This document shows, piece by piece, positions 1 to 13,365 of a DNA stretch of 64,000 nt. This DNA comes from the human T2T-CHM13v2.0 reference genome, Homo sapiens, in the NCBI RefSeq assembly GCF_009914755.1, contig NC_060930.1, one strand, 5' to 3'. How positions within the stretch are numbered: position 1 is the first letter of the stretch; each line of letters starts with the position of its first letter. The translations under genes were made by a program, and so were the position numbers. Below the pieces are notes generated by a model. That model was not told the DNA's origin, searched no databases, and saw only the letters and a program-made list of their open reading frames with translations.

Positions 1-1767
1 TTCCCCATAAACCAGAAATATTAAGTGTCATGCTAACATCTGTGGCCTGAACATAAAGTTGACAAAAATCAAACCTAATGGCTTTTCCCACTGTAAAATA
101 ATGTCTAGTTTCAATCTGCAGTTTTTTTTTAAGTCTCAAGTGTCAAAGTAATGTCTCATGTTTGTAACCACTTTGTGTTTTCACATCAAATATAGTTTCA
201 CTAGAATCTAAGTTCTTTTTAAAAAGAATTGGTTTATGATGACATTTTGTTCTCATATGGTCTCAAATATTCTTTTTGTCAAATAATCAGAATGATGAGG
301 GTACTAGTAATCATCTAATATAACATTTTAGTTTTTGACATGTAGAGAGAGAGAGCCCTTTTTATTCCATAGGATCTAATTCAGTAGAAAATGAAAACAA
401 ATTCTCCAAAAGTGGGTTCAAAGATGTAGGTGGCTGTTGTATATATTCAGGGAAGCTTCCTGATAGTAGTGGGATACAACGTGTGCGGTTTATCACATAC
501 ATGTACATGTATATAACAAGATTCTTACTAGACTTTTTGGTTAGACTTCCCTACATTGAAGGGGATTGTATTCACAAGGTCACAGTTTCTCTTCTCTGCA
601 TATAGTCAAAGCTGCACTCTGAGACATCTCTGATTTCTGATCCCAAGAATAGCTTGTCCTTTGCTTTTTACTTTCCAATAGGGAATGGATGTCCTTTGAC
701 TCAGCTAATCGCAGTGGCCCTATTTCTTCCAACTGTCCTGTTTGTGGTTACATCATCTCAAATTGCTGTGAGATTCAACTCTCCAGTCTCTGTCACATAT
801 ATATAATACAGCTCAGCTGAGTGGCAGCAAGCTTTGTTTCGGAACTGGCAACATTCCAGGAGTCTGGTTGTGTGCCTCGGGTAAATTTTTGTCTTGCTAT
901 TTGTTGTTGGTGTGGTTTCTAGGTGACCCTAATGAAAATGTCCAGGAAATTACATGCGATATTCCTGACAGTTCCAAGTCTAACAGCTGCTTATTAGGAT
1001 AGACATCTGACTTTATCTGGTGCCTAATGATTTTGTTGTGGTTTAGTATTCCACCGACTGGATTGCTTAGGTGCTATTCGTAACAGACACACAACTTAGT
1101 CTCTGCCTTCTGGGAGCTGATGATCCCTAATTCACAGAGCTTAAGAGGGCACAAGGCCATCCACAGCATGTCTAGAAAGCCAGAGAACTTTTCCTTAGCA
1201 CTCTCAGCTTTTGAATTAATTTCTCTTTTTTCTTCTTGGTGGCCCACACTCTAATCTCACTTTTTATTCATATCCAAAAGAATAATTTACCTCAAACAAC
1301 ATAAAGAACTACCTCTACTGAAGTCATGTGAATTTTAACACTGAATTAATCTAAAAAATAGGAATGTTATAATATTTGAGTTTAAAATGTTAGTGACAGA
1401 GGAATAATTTTGCACAATAGAGTCTTCTCTTCATTACTTACTATTGGCCCATGTGACCATGAATCTAAATATGATCCTTAATACACAGATTCACATTATG
1501 TTAATGTGTGTATGTCCTTCTCAGTAACCCCTGACAGAACAAGTCATTTCATCAAGAGTCGGGGAGGTTATCAGCTGATCGGTCTGTGAATTAGTAATCA
1601 TGCTCAGCTGAATGATTAGACTGTTATAAAAAGAAGTTATCACAGTACCTGACTTTGGGTCAAGGCATGCATTTGATTATTGGTATATTTTGGGTGTACA
1701 TGGCATATAGAATTCAGGAAAGAATATATGGGATTTTAAATTTATTTTAATATGTAAAATACCGTAT

Positions 1768-2291
1768 TGTATTAGTTATCTACTGCTATATACAAATTAC
1801 CCCTAAACTTAGTGAATTAAAATAACAAACATTTATTAAATCACAATTTCTGTGAGTCAGGGATTGGAGAGAAGTTAGCTGAGGTTCTGGTGTAGAGTTT
1901 CTCAGGCGTCTGCAGTCCAGTTGTTGGCTGAGGCTATAGTTATCTGAAGGCTTGACAGGGGCTATCAGACCCAGTTCTAAGATGTTTCACTCACATGGTT
2001 CTTTACAGCAGTCCTCAGTTCATTGTCACATGGGCCTCTTTATAGGGTGGTTGAGTGTCCTGAAAGCATGGCAGCTGACTTTTTTCAAAGCAAGGGGTCT
2101 AAGAGAAAGAGCAAGAACCCTCAATGACTTTTATGCCTCATCATATTCCATCAATTCTGCCATAATCTATTGGTTTGAAGTTTATTGTTATAAATCCAGC
2201 CCACATTTCAGAAGAGGGGAATTCAACTCAACTTCTTGAAGTGAGGAGTATGATATAAAGGAGTTTGCAGATATATTTTAAAACCACCACA
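1768..2291 (-). mobile_element. MaLR solo LTR, MLT1 family (MLT1F/G/H-like)
   Basis: Starts TGTATTAGTT (reverse complement of the MaLR LTR end AACTAATACA) and continues with ...acaaattaccctaaacttagtg..ttaaaataacaaacatttatt..cacaatttctgtgagtcagg. Ends ttttaaaaccaccaca. Confidence 0.75.
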
Positions 2292-2479
2292 TGCATTGAA
2301 AGGATAGAGAAATAATGCTCAGGAAACTATCCAACATAATTGAGCCACTAAGGATCCAGATTTGTTTTGAAAGTTTTCTCCTCTGTTTCTCCTATTACCT
2401 GGAAAATATCTTACCTTGGCTTCTGAAGCTATTGATATATATCTAATTGCTATAGGTATATTCCTAATAAAGTCTAAAC

Positions 2480-3757
2480 TAATTACTAGGGAAACGGAAC
2501 CCACAAAATTATGTTTATTTTTCCTTAATTCTGGAGTATTAATGTTAAATATGACCCTCCTGTCCCAGGATGTCAGCAGAGGCTTCAAAGCTGGGAACAC
2601 TATATTTTAAGTGCTCTCTTGTTCTGAAGACCAGAGACATTTCCAAAGGACTTGCTAAAGAGTGGAAATAAAAATGATCTTATAAACTTTAGCCAATGTG
2701 ACATGAGATAATAAATTTGGAGAAATAGGAGGAAGATGCTTTGAAAAGGATTGTTGGCTTACTCAAGAGGAGACTGTTTTATTCTAACTCAGCTAAGTGG
2801 TGGAGGATGTCTTCTTATGATGAAGGGAAACTGCCATATTGCCCCTGGTGGTTGTTGGCTGAGCTGTGGAAATGAGCTTGGGTGATGCTGATCTGTTTAC
2901 CCTGGCTTGAATCCCTATGTGCACAAGGAAAGCTACCTCGAGTAACTGCTAAAGAACAAGTAAGGAGAGAAAGCTGCAGTGAGAGCAAATAACTCCATTA
3001 GTAGGAGGGCAAGGGTACACTTACTGGAGCAAGAGAAGGCACTGTGGAAGGAAGTGAAATAGAACCCTTTAGAGAGGATGTCTAGTGAGGCAAGGTGACC
3101 CAGCAAATGAAGGTTCTGTGGGGTGTCATTAGAAATGGGGACTGTGAATAAGCCACTTGAAGGCATCCAGAAAAAATGTTGCTCACTGGTAAATGATGTA
3201 ATGTTGAACGCTTCTGTGGGAAAGCGTCTCCAGAGAACCCACCAAAACATCCCTTGTGTGAGAGAGCCAATGTTTGGACATCTTCCGTGACAGAGGATTT
3301 CCAACAACCAGGAGAAAATACAAATGATGCCATTAATTTTAAACAGATTTTTCCAATTTAACATTCATCCCTGTTCCCAACCCACGTCTAGGGGGAGCTA
3401 GAGGCAGTGTAGTGAGTCAGGAATGAAGTTGGAAGAGAAAGGTGGAAACATAGTAAAATATCATGATACGCCCTTGCTTCCAATTACTGTGAAACTGAGA
3501 ATCAGTTCTGAGTGAGGCTGGGAAGTGGAAGCTTAAAATTGAGTGAAAACTGAATGCTTCGTTGTATATTAAACTGGAAAGAAGATGGAAAAGGAGACTA
3601 TTCTAATGCCTGAAAGTAATCAGAAAGCTGTGGAATCTAAGATATGGCCAAGAGGTAAGGGAAGGAAAATACGACAAAACAGGTTTGAGGACAGATATGA
3701 ACAAAATTAAAAAAAAATCCTACTTAAACTCTTTGGCCCATTCAATAAATTTGTTGC
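2480..3757 (+). mobile_element. Ancient LTR, resembling the MamGypLTR family
   Basis: The 3' part (ttaaactgga..ctgaaagtaatcagaaagctgtgga..ccaaga..gggaaggaaa..caggtttgaggaca..aataaa..tgca) resembles my recollection of MamGypLTR 3' ends. Boundaries are approximate. Confidence 0.35.
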
Positions 3758-4063
3758 AAAAGAGCTTGTTGGGTACAATGTTTTCGAGTTAACGTCCTGT
3801 GGCATATTGGATCTCTTCACAGATGTTCATCAAGTGATGGTAAGTGGGAGAAGTTTATCTCTATTCTCACCCATCCTATAAATGCTGTGGAGTGAAGTGA
3901 TGAACTGAGAGACTCATGTAAAATAGTACTGAGGATAAGCTGGCACTGAGCAAGAGGGAAGAGGACTAGTAACTATATTGTCAAGTACTGGCAATGAGAG
4001 ACTGCATGTACACTGGAGTGTACCAAACATTGCCTTCCTGGTCAGAGAAATGAGCAGATCTGA

Positions 4064-4397
<334 letters not shown>

Positions 4398-4580
4398 TGA
4401 GTAGACATTTTAACAGGCGGTGACAAGTGAACAGGCAACACTGAATGCTTTTCTAGACACCATAAGAAATAATTGCACTGTGGCTATTTTTTATTTATTT
4501 GGGAATTATTTGGAATCTTTTAATCTCTTCAGTTGGACTACTGCAAACTGATGATATTTGAAAGTGCACCTGCAACCACT

Positions 4581-4872
4581 TTTTTTTTTTTGAGATGGAG
4601 TCTTGCTTTGTTGCCCAGGCTGGAGTGCAGTGGCGCGATCTTGACTCACTGTAACCTCCACCTCCTGGGTTCAAGGAATTCTCCTATCTCAGCCTTCCAG
4701 GTAGGTGGGATTATAGGTATGTGCCACCATGCCCGGCTAATTTTTGTATTTTTAGTAGAGACAGGGTTTCCCCATGTTGGCCAGGCTGGTCTCAAACTCC
4801 TGGTCTCAGGTGATCTACCCGCCTCGGCCTCCCAAAGTGCTGGGATTGCAGGCATGAGCCACTGCGCCTGGT
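4581..4872 (-). mobile_element. Alu (AluSx/Sz-like), full length
   Basis: Poly-T plus Alu dimer. TSD aaccactttt at 4574 and 4876. Confidence 0.95.
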
Positions 4873-5145
4873 GCGAACCACTTTTGTACATAACTAAAGG
4901 ACTGAAGTCAAAGGATGTCCACAGGGAAAATATTGAGTGAAAATAATAATAATAATATATACAACAGTTCAGTATTGTTCTAAATGTTTTACATACATTA
5001 ACTCATTTGTTTGGATACACTTGCCTTGCCCTATCATTGGCAATGATTTTCACAAATTTTTAATATACCTGACATTAAGCATTTTTATATTTGTAATCTG
5101 CCATAGACATCCTATTTAAATTTAGCTAGTTAAGATTGCCTTATT

Positions 5146-6929
5146 GGTGAGCACCAGGTGCGGCGTGGGGCAGGGCAGGGTCGTCATGGCGGAGTTGCAG
5201 CAGCTGCGGGTGCAGGAGACGGTGGACTCCATGGTGAAGAGTCTAGAGAGAGAACATCCAGAAGATGCAGAGTCTTATGTTCCCGTGCAGCACCAGCTGT
5301 TGTGAGGACAGCTAGGCATCCATGCAGTAAGTGCACCAGTGCATCGAGCGCTGCCATGCACCTCTGGCTCAAGTCCAGGCCTTGGTCACCAGTAAGTTGG
5401 AGAAGTTCCATGACCGCCAGGCCTGGTGCACCAAACATTGCAACGACAAAGCCAAAGATTCAATAGATGCTGGGAGTAAGGAGCTTCAGGGGAAGCGGTA
5501 GCTGGACTGTCGTGTGACCAAGTGTGTGGATGACCACATGCACCTCATCCCAACCATGACCAAGAAGAAGGAGGCTCTCTTACCCATTGGGAAATAGAAG
5601 TCCTTGCCAGTGGCCATCGGGACTGAGGGCAAGAATATATTTTTTAATAAGGAATTGGGAATTTCAGTATTTTAAGCAAAGTTTATGAATGAAGAAATTA
5701 AGGATGGCAACAAGTGTAAGGCATATGTCACTTGCCTCCGGACACTGGTTCTTTCATGTTTCAGTCCTAAAAAGTGAAATAGGAAAAAGTGGTGCTAAAT
5801 TGCATCGGAGATATTACAGGAAGTTTTAGAGCTTATGTTCCTGTGGCTAGTGCTTGTCCTGGCCGTAAGGATGTTGCCTGTAATAAGTCAGAGCCCTCCA
5901 AGGTACCAGACTCTTCTTACTACACAGGTACCAATAGGCTGGAAGGTTAGACCTGATGGAGTTTGAGGAGAGATATTTTCTCTTTGTTGCCAACATCCTG
6001 TTTACCAGAAGGGTCATCACACCATTTTCTGTAAGCTGTGAAACAAAATCCAAGAGGTCAATCACTTAGAAGGGAAAAACAAATTTCTGGGTCTTAGTTT
6101 TCTTGATTTTGTGTAATTTATACAATGGTATACAAATTGATTTTAAGATGTGGAATTGGGAGGGAGAGTAGTTTGGATAAGAACTTTGAAGATCCTTTTG
6201 GATCCCCATTTCTGGTCATCGATATGTAAATATACATTTCTTAATATTATTACATGCTGTGTCTTTCAACCTGGAGACCGTGCAAAAACATAAGAGGTGA
6301 CGACACACTAATTGTGGGAAGCAGAGCTTCCCTCTTACTGGCTGATGGGCCCTGAGGTTGTGTGTAGCAAAATGACAGGACGAATCTTGCAGTAACACTT
6401 TCCCCTTGAAGAGAAGGGGGTTTTGACTGTGATATATATTAGTATCTAGGAATGAATAGTAAAAGAGGAGCAATTGGCTACTTGCTTATAAGGGAGTTAT
6501 GAAGTACTGGATTTGGAAAAACCTGGTTTTTATAAAACAGAATGGAATGAAAGCCTAAACCTAGCGTTGTTTCCTTAGCTCCCTGAATTAACAGAGCCCA
6601 ATTGAGATAAACCCCTGGCAACAGGAAATTCAAGGGAAAAAAAGTAAACAACTCGGGCTAGGATGAGCTGACTCCCTTAGAGCAAAGGAGAGGCAGCCAG
6701 TCCCCATTATCAAATACCATTTTTGCCCGGGGCTTTTGAAACTTGCAGTGTTTCAAAACTGGCAAGGCACCTTATTATTTTGATACCAACCTCATTGTAT
6801 TTTCACCAACTTATTACTTGAAATGATAATACAGCCTGTCCATTTGCTGTTTTCAGGCTGTGATATATTTTCTTAGTAATTTGGTTTTAAAAATAAATAA
6901 GGTTTAATTCCCCCCTCCCCGCCACAAAA
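5146..6929 (+). pseudogene. FAM136A: Processed (intronless) pseudogene of FAM136A, full-length retrocopy with 5'UTR, CDS remnant 5186-5597 and 3'UTR
   Basis: ATG at 5186 reads MAELQQLRVQETVDSMVKSL. After a 2-nt frameshift it reads ..[101 protein letters not shown], matching FAM136A (twin CX3C protein). Three premature stops, AATAAA near 6892, short A tail, and a 14-bp TSD AAGATTGCCTTATT at 5132-5145 and 6930-6943. Confidence 0.93.
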
Positions 6930-7744
6930 AAGATTGCCTTATTCATTACTAAAGAATGATATATCACTTTTTAGAAGTATGTGATGTTTTCTAACTACAA
7001 TTTTTACAAACTAGGCTTTTAGAATTGCCATTTATGATCATTCTTGCAATGCAAACTAAAACTAAAATACGTTGCTGTTTAGGTTTATAAAACAAGTGCC
7101 ATTCATCAGGGAAAAGATAGAATACGTCTTTTCTTTTTCTTTCTTCTTAGAAGAGTTTTGTATAAAGAACTTCTTTTAAATATTTGAGATACTTTTCACC
7201 CAGAAGAGGTGTTGTTTAAATTGGGGTTTGTGACTAATTTGTTTCAATTAAAAATACTTTAATATCATTATCAAATGCCTCTTAGATGATATGATCTCTG
7301 TTACCATATGTGGTAGTTTGCTCTACATACTAGCTATTTAAAACAGATGTAAGTAAAACAAGATTTGTTTGGGAGGAATAGGGTTTCTCCAGAGTAAAGA
7401 ATACAGAGACCAAATGGAAACATACTTGCTTCACTGCACATGGTTTCTATACTTGGCTGTGCTGGCTTACCATTTTATGGTTACCAGATTTACATCCTTT
7501 GAAATTATGGACATTGGATCAAATCCTCATGTTGGAAAACACTCTAAGGTAACATTAAATGAGCATGTGATTTGAATAACCTACAATTTTCACACAGGTT
7601 TTGATGACCAAAGTCAAAATATTTCCCATAAAATACTGTAAATTTGCTAAAATTTATACAAAGCTCCTACAGTGTAATAATACAAAGAAACTTTGTTTAC
7701 TGAAAAAATCTAAAATATCTTTTTTTATATTTTATTTTAAACAA

Positions 7745-9040
7745 TTTTTTAAGTTTGTATTTTTATCTTATTTATTTAAGCTTGTTTTCTCTCTCTTTTT
7801 TAAAATAATTCTAAAAAAACTAGATACAAATGCAGAGCGTGCAGGCTTGTTACATAGGTATACGTGTGCCATGGTGGTTTGCTGCACCTATTGACCCATC
7901 CTCTAAGTTCCCTCCTCTCCTCCTGTCACCTCCCACCCCCTAAAGGGCCTTGGTGTGTGTTGTTCCCCTCCCTATGTCCATGTTTTCTCATTGTTCAACT
8001 CCCACTTATGAGTAAGAACATGGGGTATTTGGTTTTCTGTTCCTCTGTTAGTTTGCTGAGGATGATGGCTTCCAGCTTCATCCATCTCCCTGCAAAGGAC
8101 ATGATCTCATTCCTTTTTATGACTGCATAGTATTCCATGGTGTATATGTACCACATTTTCTTTATCCTGTCTATCATTGATGGGCATTTGGGTTGGTTCC
8201 ATGTCTTTGCTATTGTAAATAGTGCTGCAATAAACATACGTTTGCATGTGTCTTTATAGTAGAATGATATATATCTTCCTTTGAGTATATACCCAGTAAT
8301 GGGATTGCTGGGTCAAATGGTATTTCTGGTTCTAGACCTTGAGGAGTCTCCATACTGTCTTCCCCAATGGTTGAACTCATTTACATTCCCACCAACAGAG
8401 TAAAAGCATTCCTATTTCTCCACAGTCTCGCCAGCATCTATTGTTTCCTCACTTAATAATCACCATTCTGACAGGCGTGAGATGGTGTCTCATTGTGGTT
8501 TTGATTTGCATTTCTCTGATGATCAGTGATGTTGAGCTTTTTTTCATATGTTTGTTGGAGACATAAATGTCTTCTTTTGAGAAGTGTCTGTTGATATCCT
8601 TTACCCACTTTTTGCTGGGGTTGTTTTTTTTCTTGTAAATTTGTTTAAGTTCCTTGTAAATTCTGGATATTAGACTTTTGTGAGATGGGTAGATTGCAAA
8701 AATTTCTCCCATTCTGTAGGTTGCCTGTTTGTTCTGATGATAGTTTCTTTTGCTGTGCAGAAGCTCTTTAGTTTAATTAGATTCCATTTGTCAATTTTGG
8801 CTTTTGTTGCAATTGCTTTTGGTGTTTTTGTCATGAAGTCTTTGCCCATGCCTATGTCCTGAATGGTATGGCCTAGGTTTTCTTCTAGAGTTTTTATGGT
8901 TTGGGGTTTGACATTTAAGCCTTTAATCCATCTTGAGTTGATTTTTGTGTAAGGTGTAAGGAAGGGGTCCAGTTTCAGTTTTCTGCATATGGCTAGCCAG
9001 TTTTCTCAGCACCATTTACTAAACAGGAGATCCTTTCCCC
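7745..9040 (-). mobile_element. L1 (L1PA8/8A-like), 5'-truncated, 3'UTR plus ORF2 C-terminus
   Basis: ORF-track peptides [20 protein letters not shown] and [17 protein letters not shown] are L1 ORF2. 3'UTR motif ccatcctctaagttccc. Confidence 0.92.
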
Positions 9041-9241
9041 TGTTTAATAAATTTTATATAAGTTTATTAAAATTATAGAATTGTAGAGCTAGAAGATTCT
9101 TAGAAGGTCTATAGTCACTATGTTAGCAGATTCTTAGATTAGTCATATTTGACTCAGCAAGTACAGTGTTGTATTTGTATTAGGTTCTTTTTGTGTTAGT
9201 TTCTTCTTTGTATTTGTATTCTTGAATTTGTATTAGTTTTC

Positions 9242-9543
9242 TTTTCTTTCTTTTTTTTGGAGACAGGGTCTTGCTCAGTTGCTCAGGCTGCAGTGCAGTG
9301 GCATGATCACAGCTCTCTGTAGCTTTGACCTCCTGGGCTCAAGCAATCCTCCCAGCTCAGTCTCCTAATTAGCTGGTACTATAGGTGCACACCATCATGC
9401 TTGGGTGATTTTTTTTTAATATTTTTTGTAGAGACAGCGTTTCACATGTTGCCCAGGCTGGTCTCAAAACTTGGGCTCAAGTGGTCCGCCTTTCTGGGTC
9501 TCCTAGAGTGCTGGGATTACAGGTATGAGCCACCACGCCCAGC
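9242..9543 (-). mobile_element. Alu (AluJ)
   Basis: Diverged Alu dimer with J-type 'ctcctgggctcaagcaatcctccc'. TSD ttgtatt(a/c)gttttct on both sides. Confidence 0.9.
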
Positions 9544-9544
9544 T

Positions 9545-10030
9545 TGTATTCGTTTTCTCTTACTGTGCCACAAATTACCACAGACTGTACAGCTTAAAAC
9601 AACATGTATTTATTATCTTACAGTTGTGTAGGCCAGAAGTCTAGGTACAATGTCACTGTATTCTCTTCTCAGGGTTTCTTTAGACTGAAATCAAAGTGTT
9701 GTCCAGGGCTGGGCTTCTTATTTGGGATTTGGGATTCTCTTCCAAGTTCATTGTTTGTAGGCAGAATTCATTTCCTTGAAAGCTTATTGACTGAGCTCCC
9801 CATTGTCTGCTAGCTGTCAAATCTCTGACTTCCTCTCCTGAAACCAGCCAGAGAAAACTCTTGGTTTTTAAAGGGATCATGTGATCAGGTTAGGCCCACC
9901 TCGATAATACAGTTTTTGCCCTGTAATATAGTTTTGGAGTGATATCTCATCATATTTACAAGTTCTGCTCACATTCAAGGAGAGGAGATTTTACAAGGGC
10001 GTGGGTCATGGGGAACGAGTTACCTTTTGC
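9545..10030 (-). mobile_element. MaLR LTR, MLT1D/E-like
   Basis: tgtattcgttttct..acaaattaccacagact..gcttaaaacaacatgtatttattatcttacagtt..ggccagaagtct..gtaggcagaattcatttcctt. Confidence 0.8.
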
Positions 10031-10033
10031 CTG

Positions 10034-10071
10034 ACACACACACATACACACACACACACACACATATATAT

Positions 10072-10126
<55 letters not shown>
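10034..10126. repeat. Compound (CA)n/(TA)n microsatellite
   Basis: Directly visible CA run followed by a long TA run. Confidence 0.97.
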
Positions 10127-10127
<1 letters not shown>

Positions 10128-13100
10128 CAATGACTGTAACTTTATGGTCTGCGGGATTATTTGTATCTAGGAAATCTGCCTTCTGAACAGTGGTCAGAAG
10201 GTCTGGCTTGTCTGGTTATTGCCATCTATTCCTACTTCATTTTACTCACATACCCCTGGCCCTAATGTGCTTTTTGGGAAGTAGGCAATACTCTCTCGTG
10301 GGTATCTTTGGCTTAGTGGTGCCAATATTCCAGGCTTAAACTTCTCCTCTCTCCTTTGTTCTCACACTGGAGACTACTTCAATGTTTATGGCAAATGTAC
10401 ACACTCTGGTTTCATAGTATTTAAAATAAAGTGACCATATTTCCTACTTATAAGACAATTTTTGGCTCAGAAATGTATACAGAAATACACTTTTTAAATA
10501 ATTTTCAGGCACAGTTTCAAATACTCACTAAATTGCTCCTTTCCCATTTTTCCTATAATGCACAATAATGTATGTCCCTTGATCTAGTCCCAGAAAAGGT
10601 TTCCAGGAAGATTTCTGAGAAAAGCGCATATGTGACATTTTCTGAAATGAACTTGCTCAGCAACATGTACTTTTTTCCTTTTTGTTAATGTCCCCATATT
10701 TGAGCAGAAGGTAAAATTTTGTTTACATGTATAACTTGCTTCAATTTTTCACACACGTTTTCTAAGAATGTGCATACTGAAGTTGGTGGGTTATAAAAGG
10801 GATTAATACCCCTTTTGGCCTATATTTATTGGAAAGACCAAGTTGCCAGGGTTCTTTGAAGAATTCAGACAAATACATCTGAATATTTTCCATCAAACGG
10901 GAGGTAGAGGATCAAGCATGGATTTGCTCTTTATAGCACTTCTGGCAAGAGGCTTTTGGAATAAAATTTATGTATTCCTTCTCAATTTGGTTAACCGCAA
11001 CATCTGTTTGTCTCCATTGGCCTTTGGCCATTGACCTACTGTCTCCTGTAGAAGACACCCACCATCACTCTTACGACCAAATGTTGATGGGAAACAAGCA
11101 GTTCTCAAGTGATTTTAGTCATGGAAATAGTGATAAGCCAAAAGCATGGCCTAATTATATCATCTAAATTCATGGAAAAGGGAATTAATTTTATATTTTA
11201 TCTGATTTTGGGGACTGAATTATTAATAGTACCAACTTATTTGGACAGGAAAAGGCCAAGAGATTTAGACAAGAACACAGTAAACAGACCCTTCTCATTC
11301 AATATAGCATGGGACATGTAGATTTACTTTTTGACTGCAGGAACAATTAGAGGAATCTAGGTGATTTTTCCAAACTTAGGAAATGAAAGTTTAACTAAAA
11401 TTAAATATGTCTGTATGTTTATACATTTTTGAGATAAAACACTATTTTCTCTAGTTTTTTAAAAATGATTTTTTCTAATTTCTAACAATAGCTTATAAGT
11501 TTACTACACAATTATTGCTACTTCGAAAACGGATTTACCACTGTTAGGCAGAACAAACAAAGGTTCAGGAGAGGCCAATGCCTGTGAGACCGTGGTACCA
11601 GGATCTTCCAGTAACAACTTGGAGCCTGCCAGGCTATCCTTTGATCAAGGGCTCTCTCAGTGTTGGTACCTCTTGCTGCCTGGTCCTGCTTTGTCCTGGC
11701 CAGCCATACCCTGCCCAGCTGTGAAAGACCATTCAGTTTCTGCTTTTTCTTTAATTTTTAGATTTTTTTTGTTTACCTCAAATTATTCCAGTTGCATGAT
11801 AGCAAAAGTAAGCCAGGTCCCTTTAAGAAGCACTGGACTGAAAATCCAGCTTCTGCTATAAAAACTCATTTCCCCACTCAAGGCATTTTCCTTCTGATTT
11901 CAGAGGTGAGGTACTCAGATGTGCTTTTGCCTCCAATCTCAGCATCTTCTCCTATTCATTTGTTGCCCATTCTATGCTTTCAATTTCTGCTATAGCCACT
12001 CAGTCTTCCTCTGTTCTGGTCTCAAGGTGAGCATTTTCTGCTACCCCTGTGTCTAGTGACACCTCCCAGTTTCTGGCACATAACTCTTTTCTCTGGTTCT
12101 CTCTTAAGACCTTGGTTTGTCTCTGGCCCAATTCAGGCCACGATTTCTACCCACCTTGACCTTTGCCATGGTTGGAGCTGTATCTTATGACACTGTGTTA
12201 GCTGTATCTTATCACACAAACCTGTGGGAACAAGAGATGTAGTATCTACCCACAAGGAATCTACAGACTACTGGGAATAGCAGACCCTCATTAATTAATT
12301 ATTAGCATTAATTCTTCATGCTTGTAATCCTAAATTTTTTAAAAATTTGAGAACAATTTTTTTTTCTGTCTAGTTTGGGTGTTGGCTATTCCTAAATATT
12401 ATGGTACTTACTTGTTTACCTGAAGGCTGGTTTCTCACCTGGCTGCACCTCTGCTGGGGGGTGCTCACTTTGTCCCTAACTTTTGGGTCAATAGGAAGAA
12501 GTAAGACATTGAGTGAATAAATTTGACCTTAAGCTGCTCTTTGCCATGGAGGAGTCCTGGCCCCTAGTGTTTGACTGTCAGTGTTTCTTTACCCCATAAA
12601 AATTTTCATCCCTAATAAAATGCTGCCATGTAACTGACTCTACATGCTGAACCAAGAGAAATTAAGAAGAATAAACCTAATTTGCTTCAGAAAAGAATGT
12701 TTCAATATAGAGGAATTATTTCTTATTTTAACCTTGATAATTTTGCCTATAACATTTTCTGGAAAATAGATAAGTATGCAGAGTCTTAGTTATATTTATA
12801 GTAAAATAAAATATAGCAAGGTTAATGGAATTGTCCAGAGACCCACAACGAACAGAGGGCAGATCACAGAACTCCACACTCATACTCATGTTCTAGCCAT
12901 TAGGCCTCTTGGCCTCTCTTTGTTCTATTTGCCAAGGTATGACCAGAGCAGAAAACATCCTCAACCAATTAGGCAAGCTCCCCATCTGGTGATTAGTCTT
13001 GCTATGAAGACATCTTGTGTATTACCACATTTACGACTGCAATTGGAGCTTTATTTACCATTGGGGGTATAGCTCTTTCCGAGGAAATGACCTTCTAACT

Positions 13101-13365
13101 GAGCCAGGAGGGGCTGGGCTAAGTTTGTTTCAGCTGGAAATTACACATTACATATTTAGTATGTTTGGTCACTTTAGATCTCTGTGAGGCAGGGAAGGAG
13201 AATTTTATGCATTACAAAGTTCCTAAAAATATTTACAATCTTGTAAATCAAAGTGGGTTTCTACTGGATTTAGCTTTATGCAAATCTTTATATTATGTCT
13301 GGGCTTTCAGTCTGATTTTAGAAGAGTACTATTACAGTATTTTAACTTTTATTGAAAATCCAGGC

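Noticed and set aside
810-1620. Three TCAGCTGA E-box palindromes and a small taatcat..atgatta hairpin
   Set aside because: Short motifs cannot be distinguished from chance without conservation or ChIP data.
2933-3364. 143-aa minus-strand ORF
   Set aside because: Non-ATG start, probably within an ancient LTR, and no recognisable protein.
5158-5466. 102-aa GC-rich ORF and the 84-aa antisense ORF
   Set aside because: Off-frame and antisense readings of the FAM136A pseudogene.
12176-12218. agctgtatcttat(g/c)acac direct repeat with a short spacer
   Set aside because: Only two copies, an ordinary local duplication; not a CRISPR-like array.
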